Assembly (NCBI GenBank): GCA_964016885.1
Contig: OZ024740.1
Span: forward strand, 263,686,001 to 263,750,000
Reading direction: 5' to 3'
Source: Eledone cirrhosa
Lineage: Eukaryota
Length of the DNA: 64,000 bases
Part shown: positions 27,101-43,465 of the stretch, in pieces
Numbering within the stretch: the first letter of the stretch is position 1
How the letters are laid out: the number at the start of each line of letters is the position of its first letter
Notes under the pieces: model-generated
What the model saw: only the letters and a program-made list of their open reading frames with translations
Databases searched by the model: none
What the model was told of the DNA's origin: nothing
Position numbers and translations under genes: made by a program

Positions 27101-28200
27101 AGGTTCGAAACATAAAGATTGCCGCGTAAGCGTGGAAAATATAGACAAGAAACAGAGATATAAAAGTCTTATTGGTTTCACGCTTTATATTGGAAAGAAG
27201 AAAGAATGTTCGTCGTGTCGGGTTGAAGCCCTTCTTCAGAAGTACAAAACATAGGGAGACAGGATCACAATAAAGAAACAGAAAAGAGATCCAGTAAAGA
27301 CAAACAATGAAAATGGTGATGGAAAACAAGAAAACCGTTAGGTATTCTTGGTAACGAGTTGTAACGCAAAGTGGTGCAAGTGTATTGGTGTCGTTATATG
27401 TGTGAGTGTATGTGTAAGTGTAAGCTTACACGGGTGTGGTTTTTAAGGTATATTGTGTAAAGTATCAAATATAGTGAGTGTATGCGTATATCCATGTGTT
27501 AGTAGTAGTGTACATTTATGTGTGAATGAATATTTGAATGTGTGTACTGTATATGTGAGGTGATGTATTTTTGTGTGTATAAAATATCGTTAGTGCAGCG
27601 TATGTCCGTGAGAAGAGTGGATTAGTATGTGTGAGTGTATGATAAATGTTAGTGTGTGTATGTATGTTGAAGTTTATAATGTGTACGTGAAAAGTATATA
27701 ACTGTGATATGTATGTAAGTGTGTATGTATTAACGAGTATATATAATAGGATAAAGGCCGTAGTTCAGATTGTGATAGAGAGTTTATGACAGCAGGGAAA
27801 AGAAAGATGGGTAGTGCATTAAGGTGAGGGGGAAGAAAGGTTTGTAAGGAGAAAATAAGTTGCTGTTCTTTACGCCAGCAGAGGTCAGGAGTCTGGCACA
27901 ATGTCTGAACCCGAAGATGTGTTCCGCAAATATGTCAGCCAAACGACGGTCAGTTTGGCTGAGGTAGATAGCTCCACACAGAGTACAACGGAACCCATAG
28001 ACAAGGCTGGTCGAGGGGCAGCTGAAAGAGTCCCTAACCCGGAAGGACCGGTCATTGGGACAGGAAAGGGTGGTGGGAGATAAAGCTGCATGTATGTCAG
28101 TGGGGTCGGAAACAGGGTGGGATCCAGATGTATTGGGGATTAATGGCGCTGCAGACGAGGAGGCTGTCTGTGTGTGTGTGTGTGTGCTTCTGTGTGGAGA
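27100..28200 (-). mobile_element. Neptune-type PLE 3' fragment: GIY-YIG remnant, 3' UTR and degenerate HHR
   Basis: FRVRDSFSCPSTSLVYGFRCTLCGAIYLSQTDRRLADIFAEH; CTGAAGA-agggcttcaaccc-GACA-cg at ~27239-27212. Confidence 0.8.
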
Positions 28201-28209
28201 CGCGTGGCC

Positions 28210-28445
28210 TGGTGGTAAGAGTGGACTAACGGTCATACTGTCTTGGGCTGGGTTGCGTGCTGTGTTCTTCAGCAAAACACCCCATATAACGATGCCCCTG
28301 TATACACAACTGAAAATGAGTAACAGCAATGGGTGGGGGTTTAACCTTGCGATGGGCTGGCGTTCTGGCCAGGCGGGAATCTTGTACTCTGCAGGAAACC
28401 GGAATAAGCACCAGTCTGATGAGCCGCCGAGCCAAAAACATACTT
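28210..28445 (+). mobile_element. SINE with CORE-like and V-domain-like segments
   Basis: gtgttcttcagcaaaacac (CORE-like); ccttgcgatgggctggcgttctggccagg and gaaaccggaataagc (V-SINE-like), recognised from memory of these domains. Confidence 0.5.
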
Positions 28446-28453
28446 TAGACTTT

Positions 28454-28502
<49 letters not shown>

Positions 28503-28505
<3 letters not shown>

Positions 28506-28946
28506 TGGTAAATATACTAATTCTCTATATTTATCTCCAAATTATTTATTTGTTGAGCAAACTTGCCAAATCCACTGCTAACTCATTGTAGTGGTAGTAG
28601 GCTCTTGTCATAATACCATCCCACTCCTACTGACTAGCCTCAGTGTCACATGATTGATTCTTTAGAATCTGCCACTTGACCAGAGACAGTGAACTTTTTC
28701 AGTGCTATGGAATTCAGTCCCCGCTAGTTGTTCCATCCACCGAATTATTATTTTTATATGAGTCCCTAGTGTCCGCGCATTGCCTGGGGACTTAGCTGAG
28801 AATAGACTCCCTGATGACGTAATGAATTCTCGATGGTTACATTGCGTAACTATCTTTATCCCATTACAGAAACTAATTAGTTGGAGTGAAAATTTTAGTA
28901 AGATAATTTTTAATTTTTAAAATGTGCTTATTTTACGTCTTTCATA
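28503..28946 (+). mobile_element. Diverged second copy of the 23.2-23.6-kb structured HHR cassette
   Basis: Collinear motifs with the first copy. HHR actcc-CTGATGA(28811)-c-gtaatg...cattac-a-GAAA-ctaattag-TT-ggagt. Confidence 0.8.
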
Positions 28947-29106
28947 TATATGTGTGTGTGTGTGTTCATGTACTTATGTTTTCATGTCACTGTATCGAAT
29001 TTGACAAAATGTGTACCAGACTTTTAAATGTCCACTGGGATTGATATGCTCCAGTCAAATAATTGAACCTAATGAAAGATTTAACATTTCCGTATGTATG
29101 TATATG

Positions 29107-29171
<65 letters not shown>

Positions 29172-29245
29172 TAAACACACACACATACACGCACACACAC
29201 ACACACAGACACACAGACACACACACACATACACACATACACACA

Positions 29246-29277
<32 letters not shown>

Positions 29278-29309
29278 CATACACACACACTCACACACAT
29301 ATATATATA

Positions 29310-31159
<1,850 letters not shown>

Positions 31160-31199
31160 GCACACACGCACACATGAACCCACAGATTAACACATATTC

Positions 31200-31470
31200 T
31201 CCTCAAAATAGATCTAGGTATACACCAAGTAACACGCTCTGGTTTACCAATCCTTTCTATTTAAATTTAAGCAGTAACGGGCATAAACGAAATTCCAAAA
31301 ATAATAATATACATATATTACCACTTACAGCAAAATCAGTTAATTATTTGCGTCTCACATCAAGTCAATGATAACCGCAAGACATCAAACAAGAAAGATG
31401 TTCACTCAAGTAAAAAGGACAAATGCCCACAACAACAGTCTTCTTACACAACGCCGATTGTATGTCTCAG
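31200..31470 (+). mobile_element. Very decayed Naiad-type linker/EN remnant
   Basis: NTLWFTNPFYLNL (IWFNPP-like) and KDKCPQQQ..TTPIV resemble the 1-396 fragment. Confidence 0.45.
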
Positions 31471-31899
31471 AAGTTTTAGGGGAAAGAGTTATATGAGTGT
31501 CTCATAGTGGATAGATTTTCTCATATGCCTCGACCATCAGATATCCTAGATTAAGATCATCGTCTGTACTATCGATGTACAGTCCGTGTGGATAAACGAA
31601 CGGAGAGGATGGTAGTCTTTCAGGTATAATTGTATATATTGTGGTGTGTTGTGGTGGGGTACAAAACACGTTGTGTGGTGGAAAGATAAAAAAATGTGGT
31701 ATGGAAGACTGCGAAATGAAACAATGTGTGGATATAGGGTGGGATACGAACAACAAACGTGTGTTAAGGACAGCAAGAAAAACGTCATTGCACACTTCAA
31801 ATCGAAGGGAATGTAAGCAACGCTGAGGATGAAATGTTTTTCTCTAAGATAGGAAGAGCGTAGGAGCTCTGTGGTGTTAAGAGCACCACAGTGAGAAGT

Positions 31900-32340
31900 G
31901 GACGACAGTGTTAGCAGGTCAGTTGAAAAGACGGGCAATATGACATATGGAGTTATTTATGCGAATGACTCGCAGGTGTTCGGTGAAACAATCCGCTAAA
32001 CGATAGCCGGTCTTTCCAATAGATATGATATAACAAAATGCTGGGAATTGTATGCAATAGATAACACATCAAGTGTTACAGGTGAAATGGTTAGTGAAAC
32101 AAAGTGGTGCTGGTTGGGTCAAAAGATGATGATAGTATTGTGTATGTTTCAATAAGAGTTTCAAAGGTATCATGAGATAGAGATGTTCCGGGTGCCATAT
32201 TTGGTGGAATAGAAGAACGGCAGAATAAGGAATAAAGTCAGTCACGTTAAAGGCACTTTCAAAATAGGAGAGGAGACATTCATGCAATATGGAGGGTGTG
32301 GTGGTATATAGCGAAAGAAAGTCGAATGTACATAGATTAA
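31900..32340 (-). mobile_element. Heavily deleted PLE remnant (RT motif A and GIY-YIG pieces)
   Basis: TFDFLSLYTT (RT motif A-like), then NHFTCNT*CVIYCI and GKTGYRLADCFTEH. Confidence 0.65.
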
Positions 32341-32377
32341 AATGTTGAATGCACACACAGACACTCACACACACAGC

Positions 32378-32815
<438 letters not shown>

Positions 32816-33052
32816 ACAAACATAAATTATCGAGATTCGCATTTCGGCCCACGAAATAACGAAAAACAACCTCCGAGATGTGAGGCAAGTGCTCAATGGT
32901 TCAGATGAACCAGAGCTATAATAAACGTTAAACTCCAAACACACTGAGACGATGGTTAACCAATAATTCGCATAGCCAAAAATATATATATATATATATG
33001 TGTGTATGAACGTATGTGATTGTGTCTGACAATATGACTACATAAATATATA

Positions 33053-33428
33053 TGTCTAGAAGTAAACACAGTCTAAAATTACGAGGGTAGATTACACCAG
33101 AAATGTTATATATCATTCAAGCTGAATCATATGGGATGTTATAAGGTTTCTTACAAGATTTATCATACATACCATATCAAACCATTTCATCTCTCGCAGA
33201 CGAAATGCCTGCGGATTACTTGTTACAAACACGATTCATTCAGGGCGAAACAGATTAAATCTTTAGTCTGTCCGGGAGATGAAATGGTTATTGATATGGT
33301 ATGTATGAGAAATCTCGTAAAAAATCTTGTAAAATCCCATATGATTCAGGTTGAAAAATATATAAAATTTGTGGTGTAAACTACCCTCGTAATTTTAGAC
33401 ACGGGTTTACTGTGTTTACTTCTACACA
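33053..33428. repeat. Imperfect ~145-bp inverted repeat cassette
   Basis: 33053-33197 pairs with 33273-33428 (e.g. gtctaaaattacgagggtag / ctaccctcgtaattttagac). Confidence 0.8.
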
Positions 33429-33569
33429 TAATAATATTATAATGCTCAGTATTTATACTTTGAGCTTGTTAATTTCAGGGTATCTATATGAGTTAATACC
33501 TCTATATTTTTTTTTTATAAATATATATATATATGTATCTGTATATATATATATATCTGTATATATATA

Positions 33570-33636
<67 letters not shown>

Positions 33637-34202
33637 ATATATGTATATTGTCTCATAGAGAAGCATATACAAACAAACACACACACACACACACTCCCAC
33701 ACCATCACCTCCATCTATATATGTATATATATATATATATATGTATATATAGAGAGAGATAAAATGAATATGGAATTGAAATGATTCATGAAAGGTAAAT
33801 TTAAAAATAAAAATGTTAGAGAAACATTTCCATAGAAATAGGCAAAGTCAAATTATTCCAGTAAAAGATATCACATTATATATTAAGGTTAATACCGCCT
33901 ACTTTTAACAAAAATAATCAACTTAAAGTTGAAATGTAAACCGAGAAGAGCCTTCAATATGGGTGACTTTATTAGTTGAAAAACTCGTGTTAATATATGG
34001 CATTGATACCTTTGAATTCATGGAGGAAAAAAATTAAAATTTGTCAAGTCACTTTCTATAGCAGGTAAATATTTTACACAATTACATAAAATCGAACACA
34101 CACACACACCACATACACACAAATACACACATACTTACACACACACACACACATACACACACACACACATATATATATATACATATGTATATACATAGGT
34201 AA

Positions 34203-34290
<88 letters not shown>

Positions 34291-34474
34291 AAATGTATGA
34301 CTCCGACGGCAAATCATGTATGACTTCGACGGCTATTTCTAGAAATAGCTGTCGAAACGGCTTGAGCTCTGCCGTCGGGGTCATACATATTCCTATTACC
34401 CACTCTACTACCCTAAGTATTGAGTACGCTGGTGCGCTATGGCCCATTTGGCTCTTTACCACAACTCCTTCGAC

Positions 34475-34507
<33 letters not shown>

Positions 34508-34534
34508 TATGTATATATATATATATATATACAT

Positions 34535-34568
<34 letters not shown>

Positions 34569-34571
34569 TTG

Positions 34572-34607
<36 letters not shown>

Positions 34608-35114
34608 CTGTGTGTGTGTGTGCATGTACGTTTGTTAAAGAGAGTTAAGATTTCGGGGCATGGGTAATTTAAGTTCCAACTCATATGAATACATATCGAT
34701 ACATATAGGAAATGGCACAAACACAGATACACATATTCAAACACCTCACACACACACATAGATTCATAGGCTGATTTAGGCACGCGACATTGCAAATGCT
34801 GCATTAGTACATAATACACGAGAAGAAATAAATATACAGACACACGTACAAACAGAAACACACACACATACACACACATACATACACACACTCACACACA
34901 CTCACACACATACACACACACACACATATATATCTATATATATGTTTATATATAACCTACACGTACGAAATACCATAAACTAATGCACAAATATATAATA
35001 AAGATCTATGTAATTAGATATTTATAATTCAAACATTCAGTCTTATTTAAGACGAAATAGGGTTCACGGATATAATGTGAAATACGGCTTTTATCATTTA
35101 TATACACACACACA

Positions 35115-35174
<60 letters not shown>

Positions 35175-35345
35175 AGTATATATATAAATATACATACGTA
35201 AATTTATATATTTATGTATACATAAATATACACTGTATATATATATATATATACATACGTATATTTAAATATACAGTGTATATTTATGTATACATATCCA
35301 TATGTATGTGTGTGTATATATATATATGTATATATATATATATGC

Positions 35346-35462
<117 letters not shown>

Positions 35463-35542
35463 TATATATATATGCATACTGATATATAAATGATAATCCT
35501 CAACATCCATATTTCCCTCTCTCTTCCCCTCAGTCTCTCACG

Positions 35543-35605
<63 letters not shown>

Positions 35606-35697
35606 GATATATGTATATATATATATGTATATATATGTGTATGTATGTATATATATATGTATATATATATATGTATATGTATATATATATATGTATG

Positions 35698-35728
<31 letters not shown>

Positions 35729-35935
35729 GTATATATATATGCATATATGTGTGTATATGTGCGTGTGTGAGTGAGTGTGCGAGTGTGTGTGCGTGTGTGT
35801 ATAGATATTTGCGGATGTATTGGATGTATGTATATGTACAGCTACATATTTGAGGACAAAACGCATCATTCGCTTTCTCTTAATCTTCATACATACATTC
35901 ACACACACACATACATACATACATACATACATACA

Positions 35936-35966
<31 letters not shown>

Positions 35967-36069
35967 TCTTGCGATTCAAGGGATGACAATATCTTTTCTT
36001 TTACAACCTTGCCACCAGGAAGGTGGCCGGTCAAAAAAATATACTCGAAATTAAGAGAAAGAGAATACA

Positions 36070-36101
<32 letters not shown>

Positions 36102-36515
36102 CATATATATACATAAACAGGCCTTAACTATGGCTATATAATCATGTCATGCCGATATTTACTTCACCCATATCATTTTGCTTAAGAATGGTTGAATGGC
36201 TGGTTAAATATTCGAAAATCCTTTCTCCTTCTTAACCTCAAGTAGAAGCCCCATTCACAATCTCTCGAAGGGCTTATACTAAATATCCGTATACCTTTCT
36301 CAAGATATTCGACAAATTATAATTTTATGTGGCGTAAACCACCTACCCAGTCACACACAGAGATATGCACGCAGAAGTACTCACAGAAACACATATATAC
36401 ATACATATGCACACACACGTTTATATATATAAGCATATCTAGTTATGAACTTGTCTAAGTATACATGTATGTTTATACATTTAATATGTAGGCATACTTA
36501 TATATATATATATAT

Positions 36516-36577
<62 letters not shown>

Positions 36578-36659
36578 GGAAAATTGAAGAGGAACAAAAC
36601 AGAGAGGCAGTACAACGAATGTTTATTAATCTCACGCTCTTGAGAGTGGGGTGGTGGTG

Positions 36660-36697
36660 GGGAACGACGTATCGGGCATAAGCCCTTCTTCAGGTGA
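36660..36697 (-). ncRNA. Degenerate minimal HHR, related to the 27.2-kb PLE HHR
   Basis: CTGAAGA-agggc(ttat)gccc-GATA-cg-TC. Confidence 0.55.
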
Positions 36698-36705
36698 AAA
36701 GTGTG

Positions 36706-36737
<32 letters not shown>

Positions 36738-36748
36738 CATATATTTAC

Positions 36749-36798
<50 letters not shown>

Positions 36799-36823
36799 GT
36801 ATATATATATATATTTATATATT

Positions 36824-36917
<94 letters not shown>

Positions 36918-37605
36918 CACCTGTATGTTTGTGTCTGTATATATTGGAAAATACTATTTTTACTAGTATTTTTAAAGGTTTGCATTATAATCACACACAC
37001 ACACACACACACTGACACAGAAACACGATGACCCGTGCTCACACACATATATATATGTGCGTGTGTGTGTGTGTATGTGTGTGCGTATGTGTGTGTGTGT
37101 ATATGTGTATGTGTGGTTGCATGTGCATATATATATGTATAAAGAATGAATAATAACAGGTAGACATCATAAAAAGGTAATTTATTACGTGTGCTTACAA
37201 ATGTTTCCACGGTGGTGCTACAGCCTAGTTATGCTATGTGCATATATATGTGCTATATATGTGCATGTATGGGCATATATATGTGCTATGTATATATATG
37301 TAAAAGCTAAACAGAAATAACAACACAAACCGTTCAGTACGTGGAAGGTATAGAATAGCAGGAGGAAGGTTTTAACGTTATCAGAAGAAAGTATAAGAAA
37401 TATGATAGATTGTGGGGACGGGCTGGATGGAATTGGAATAAAAATGTTTTTAGATAAAAATAACAGGTCCATTGATGCTGATATCCCTTACACGCACATA
37501 CATACACATATAGCTGTCGAAACGGCCGGAGCTCATCAATGGTGGTCCTGACTCTCTTCCTATAATCATATATATTTATAAATATATATATAATTATATA
37601 TAGAA

Positions 37606-37669
<64 letters not shown>

Positions 37670-37672
<3 letters not shown>

Positions 37673-38144
37673 GGAGGTGGGTTTTATTGTAGTACAATAC
37701 AGCAATGCAGATATCGGTTAAGAAGCACTCTACAGTTTGTAGGACTGGAGTATAAATAATATATAAGATCAAAAGATGGTTAAAAGAGTTCCATGTATTT
37801 TATTATGCGCATTTCAAAAACAAATATCATCATGCGATGCCATTTGCGTTTTCATCAGATAAAATAGGGAGACATGATATGAAGGTTGAAAAACACTTGT
37901 GAATAGTGGAGTTTTAAATCAACATATGAAAAGTAGTTTTATATTGATGCCCCAATATCACACATCAATCTAAAACTACTTTTCATATGTTGATTTAAAA
38001 CTGCACTATTCACAAGTGTTTTCTAGCCTTCACATCATGTCTCCCTATTTTATCTGATGAAAACGCAAATGTCTTCGCATGGTGATATTTGTTTTTGAAA
38101 TGCGCATAATAAAATACATGCAACTCTTTTAAACATCTTTTGAT

Positions 38145-38150
<6 letters not shown>
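37670..38150. mobile_element. Palindromic HHR cassette (family X) with longer arms
   Basis: Arms ~37762-37946 / 37963-38150. CTGATGA at 38054 and GAAA-tgcgca-TA at 38097. Confidence 0.85.
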
Positions 38151-38189
<39 letters not shown>

Positions 38190-38218
38190 GCATGTATATA
38201 TATATTTATATATGTACG

Positions 38219-38274
<56 letters not shown>

Positions 38275-38654
38275 TGTATATATATATTTATATATGTACG
38301 TATTTATATATATATATATAGATATATATCTATATGTATATATATATATATATATATGTATTTATATATATACATATATATATGTATGCATATATACATA
38401 TATATGATCATAAGTTTAACAAGGTTCATTGATTAATCAATTAATAAAGTTTTACAATAGTTTTCTGGAGTTATTAATATTACTTCAAAATATTAATAAA
38501 TATAACCATTCATGTGATCAAATATATTTTATTATACATATTTCAGAGGTACTGAGCTATTCCATCAGCACGTCCTCATCAGATAAATTAAATTGATGTT
38601 TGACATACCTCAACTGTGCTGATGGATCAATTCCAGTCTTGGCAATTTTTACTG

Positions 38655-38858
38655 TGTTTCAACTCTGAAAATTGCAAACTTGACTGTCACCACACATTAT
38701 GAACCTGAAGATTTCGAAAGCATGAAAGTACTTGTAGAATTAACACTTAACATTTAATATTCTACCATACTATTTCATTATAATAACATTATACATTTTA
38801 AAGGATTGTAAATAAAACAAGTAAATCAGACAATGTTGGAATTCCTTTTATTAATATA
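38655..38858 (+). mobile_element. HHR-bearing pLTR-like fragment; inverted partner at 39608-39802
   Basis: tgaac-CTGAAGA-tttcgaaagcat-GAAA-gtac-TT. Confidence 0.7.
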
Positions 38859-38889
38859 ATCTTCTATACACAATCATACACACCCGTCT

Positions 38890-39032
<143 letters not shown>

Positions 39033-39061
39033 CATGTATATACATGTGTCTGATGGTATAT

Positions 39062-39118
<57 letters not shown>

Positions 39119-39194
39119 CATGTATATATATACACATATATATATATGTATATATATATATACATATATATATATGTATATATATATATATATG

Positions 39195-39338
<144 letters not shown>

Positions 39339-39361
39339 TATATTTATATTTATATATATAT

Positions 39362-39600
39362 ATAGTAATAATAATAAATTTCAAGACTAAAATCCAAAGA
39401 GGGCTCCATAAGGATAAATATATATCAAAAATATAAGAGCCGTAGAGCAAATATTTATTAAAATAACAGATTAAAGTTTAAGCAAAGAATCGCTGCTTTC
39501 ACCCTTAACGGGATCTTCTGAAGTTTCAGAAGATCCCGTTAAGGGTGAAAGCAGCGATTCTTTGCTTAAACCTTAATCTGTTATTTTAATAAATATTTAT
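39362..39600. mobile_element. Short fold-back cassette with an HHR-like motif (remnant also at 17940-18030)
   Basis: Palindrome ~39450-39598; cagaaga-t-ccc(gttaa)ggg-t-GAAA. Confidence 0.65.
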
Positions 39601-39607
39601 ATATATA

Positions 39608-39801
39608 TATATTAATAAAAGGAATTCCAACCTTGTCTGATTTACTCGTTTTATTTACAATCCTTTAAAATTTATAATGGTATTATAATGAAATAGTATG
39701 GTAGAATATTAGATATTAAGTGTTTATTGAACAAGTACTTTCATGCTTTCGCAATCTTCAGGTTCACATTGTGTGGTGACAGTAAAATTTGAAATTTTCA
39801 A

Positions 39802-39802
<1 letters not shown>
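39608..39802 (-). mobile_element. HHR-bearing fragment with an intact minimal hammerhead (~39728-39766)
   Basis: Minus strand: tgaac-CTGAAGA-t-tgc(gaaa)gca-t-GAAA-gtac-TT-gttca. Confidence 0.8.
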
Positions 39803-39841
<39 letters not shown>

Positions 39842-39900
39842 CAGGGCTCTGATACCTTCAATACCATAAACACAGAGCTGGCATATCTAAGAACTGACTA

Positions 39901-39956
39901 ACTGCCTGATAAGGTCATAGCCATTCAATGGCTATCATCGAAATATATATAGCAGT
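39901..39956 (+). ncRNA. Hammerhead motif (family of 1773-1829)
   Basis: actgc-CTGATAA-ggtc-atagcca(ttcaa)tggctat-catc-GAAA-tatata-TA-gcagt. Confidence 0.6.
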
Positions 39957-40021
39957 AAATAAAGGATTATGAGTTCATGCAATTGACTTACGTTTCGTCA
40001 CTATATATATATATATATATA

Positions 40022-40089
<68 letters not shown>

Positions 40090-40714
40090 AAAGAATAGAG
40101 ATGTAACACACAAGTTATTATATACTGGTAAACGGAATAGAAAATGCTGACAAATTGTTCACAGTTGAAAAATGGTTTAATTAGGAATAAAACAGTATTA
40201 GTGATTGTATGGGTTAGTATTCAGTTGTGGTTTTAAGTTTTTAAGTTTTTACCGGTTGCGCATTTCTAAATGCTTTTCAAAAATAATTTTGAGATAGAGT
40301 GTCCGTGTTGTTTGCTCGGATCAGATTAGTTTTGGGAATTCTACCTGTTTTTATGTTAAAAAAGTGGCTCCAGCGTTACTTTGGTGCTGCAAAAATGCTT
40401 GTGGTCAAAACAATTTTGATTGGTCGGTAGAGGTCATGTGAATGGTAAAAAATTGATTTTGCGCCAAGACTGTTTTTATGTTAAAAAAGTGGCTCCAGCG
40501 CTATTTGGTGTTTGCAAAAATTCTTGTGGTCAAAACAATTTTGATTGGTCGGTAGAGGTCATGTGAATAAAAAATTGGTTTTGCGCCAAGATTGAGAAAT
40601 GACTCTTTCACAACAAATATGTGTGTGTGTGTGTGTGTGTGTGTGTAGTAGTAGTAAGGTGTTCGATGTTGTGATAATGGTTAGCAGGGATGTGTGTCAA
40701 ATGTCTATTAAGAT

Positions 40715-40779
<65 letters not shown>

Positions 40780-41177
40780 GCAGAGTAATTCGTGGTAGCA
40801 GGGACGGTCAGTAAGAATGTGTCTGAAAGCAATGGGGGGTATTTTTGCATGTCAAAAGATATTTTTCAGCTTTTGTCTTATACGGAGAAGTGCGTGTGTG
40901 TGTGTGTGTGTATAAGTCTCTTTGTATGTTAATGTACGCGTGTGTATGTGTGTGTGTATATATGTGTGTGTGTGGGTGGACCAGTATTTTTTCCCCCTGG
41001 TAAAATGGTGTACACTATTCGATTTTTTCAGTAAAATCGGTTCTCTTAATAGAACATCAACAATCTTAACAATAAAAGGTGTGAAATGATATTCAGTACA
41101 TATATATACACATACATATACATAGATGTGTGCTGATGTAGGTATGTATGTTAACGTGTGTATGTTGTGGGTTCATC

Positions 41178-43440
41178 TTAGGGAGAAGTGTTTAGACGGG
41201 GTCCGTATTTGTTAATGAAGTAAGATTCCTTGCTGATGCGCTGGGTGTGGGTGGCATTATCTTTAAATTTGGAGTGGGGAAATATTCTAACATTGGGATG
41301 ATTTTGGGCGGCACAGGTATCAATGTGTTCACTCAGTGGTATTTTTCTGTATTCCCGTATTTTAATTTGGGATCTATGGACAGTCATGCGTTGGCGGAGG
41401 CTGATTTTGGTCTGACCTATGTATTGTTCTCGACAACCTGAGCAAGTTAATACATATATTAGATTTTCCGATGCACATGTGAAATTGTGTTTTACTATAA
41501 AACGTTGTCCATCTTTGAAATAGAATTCCGAACCCTCTATTAGGTTGATGCAAGTGCCACAGTTGGGTCTATCGCATTTTTTTACTGTTGTTTTCGTTGT
41601 TGTGGTTGGCAGTACTTTGGCATGTGTTAGGATGTTTTTCATTGACTTGGATTGTCTTTTGCTTTTGATGATATCGTGTGTTCGTAGAATTTGGTTAATT
41701 ATATGGTCCTTTTTCAACACAGGGATGTTCTGGAGGATGGTGTCAAAGGCCTCATTGTTGAGAGGGTTGTGTGTGGAGATGTATGGAAGAGCTTTTAGTT
41801 TCGGTTGATTTACTTTAGGGTGTCTAAGGTCCTGGGTACTGAGTTTTAGGGCACGTTGGATTCCATTGTCAATTAGTGATGCAGGGTAGTCCCTGCCTAT
41901 GAGTGTGTCCTTTAGTTCTTGTAGCCGTAAGTAGCAGATGTTTTTATAGGAGACTATAGTACAGATTCTCTTGGCTAAGTTGTAGGGAATATTAATTTTA
42001 ACGTGTCTAGGGTGGCAAGAGTTGAAGGGTTGGAGTCTGTGGGCTTGTAGTATATGTCTGTTTCTATTTTTTTGTTATGGAGCTTAATGAGGATGTCGAG
42101 GAAGTGGAGTTGTTGATGGCTGTATTCCATCGTGAAGTTAATATTCGTGTTGAGCCCATTCATAAGGGTGTGAAATTCTTTAAGTTTTTCGATGTTTTCG
42201 TGCCAAAGGATGAAGCAGTCATCTAGATATCGCTTCCAGTTCCTTTCAATGTGTAAGTGGAGGGTGTTTCCAAATTTGTTTAGGACTTTAGTGTAGAGGG
42301 TGATTTCCAGGTATCACATGACTAGGTTGGCATAAGTTGGGGCTGTTTTCGTTCCCATAGCGGTCCCAGATTTCTGCCTGTAGGGTTTGTTATTGAAAAC
42401 GAAGTAATTGTTCTCCAAGATAAATTTGAGTCCCTCTATCACGAATTCATTTTTGATGCGTTGTGGGAGTTCATTGTGGAAATTATCCAGCCAGAATTGG
42501 ATAGCTTCTATTCCTAGGTTGGGAGGGATGTTGGAGTATAGGTTGACTACATCGAACGTCACTAGTAGGGTTTGTTCAGAAAGTGGCATATTAGGGAGGT
42601 GATTGAGCATATCTAGGTCGTCCCTTATATAGCTTTTTATGTGTTTGAGGAAGGGTTTGAGAAAGGTATCAATGAAGTTGCTAAGACGGTGCGTTTCGCA
42701 AGCGGAACCTGCTATTATAGGTCTTAATTTGAGATCATTGGGTGAGGGGACATTGATGACTATGTCTGTGACTTCCTTGCATGCCTTACTTATTGATTCG
42801 CTTGTATGTACTTTAGGGATACCGTAGAAGAGGCTGGATTTACTTGTGAAGTCTGTGATGAAGCTGAATTCCTTGTTAGTGAGTCCTTCTTTGTATTGGT
42901 TGATTAGAGTTTTTTGGTTTCTCATAATTTTCTGTTCATTGTAGTGTTCAGCCTTTTCGTAGTATGTTTCGTTTTCCAAAGTGGAGAGCGCTAAGTTGAT
43001 ATAGAATTCTGTCTCCATTAGGACTACTGTACTCCCTTTATCAGCCTCTTTAATTGTAATGGTTCTGTCGGTTTTTAATCTATTTAATTCTTCTCATTCT
43101 TTCTTGTTGAGGTTTGGCTTGTGTTTTTGTCTGTGCAAGTGTTGGTAAGGGAAGTTTGTGATGTGTTCACAGAATTCGTCCAGGATTTTATTTCTACCTT
43201 TTGAAGGGGTGTAATTGCTTCTATTTCTGGCTAATGATTCATCCTCATTGTACTGGTCGAATAGTTGTTCACTAAGTCGTAACTTTCTACAGAAGTCTGT
43301 GATGTCTTCCTTCATTTCATAGTAGTTAGGACGTAGTGGGGTCGGTGTGAATTTAAGACCTTTGGAGAGGAAGTTGATAAGGTTGGGTGTTGTTTCTGCA
43401 CTAGTAAGATTGATAATTTTTATTACTATCGGTTTCTCCT
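41178..43440 (-). pseudogene. PLE reverse transcriptase + GIY-YIG endonuclease, disrupted by stops and frameshifts
   Basis: KIINLTS, LSKGLKFTPTP, ADKG, FYGIPKVH, LRPIIAG, FDVVNLYSNIP, GTAMGT, WKRYLDDCF, FLDI; then CDRPNCGTC linker and NLIYVLTCSGCREQYIGQT. Confidence 0.92.
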
Positions 43441-43465
43441 CCCTGTCTTGTGTTATTTTGTTTGC

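Noticed and set aside
28405-28452. CTGATGAG motif as a hammerhead
   Set aside because: It lacks GAAA and stem III, and fits the usual 3' part of a V-domain-like SINE.
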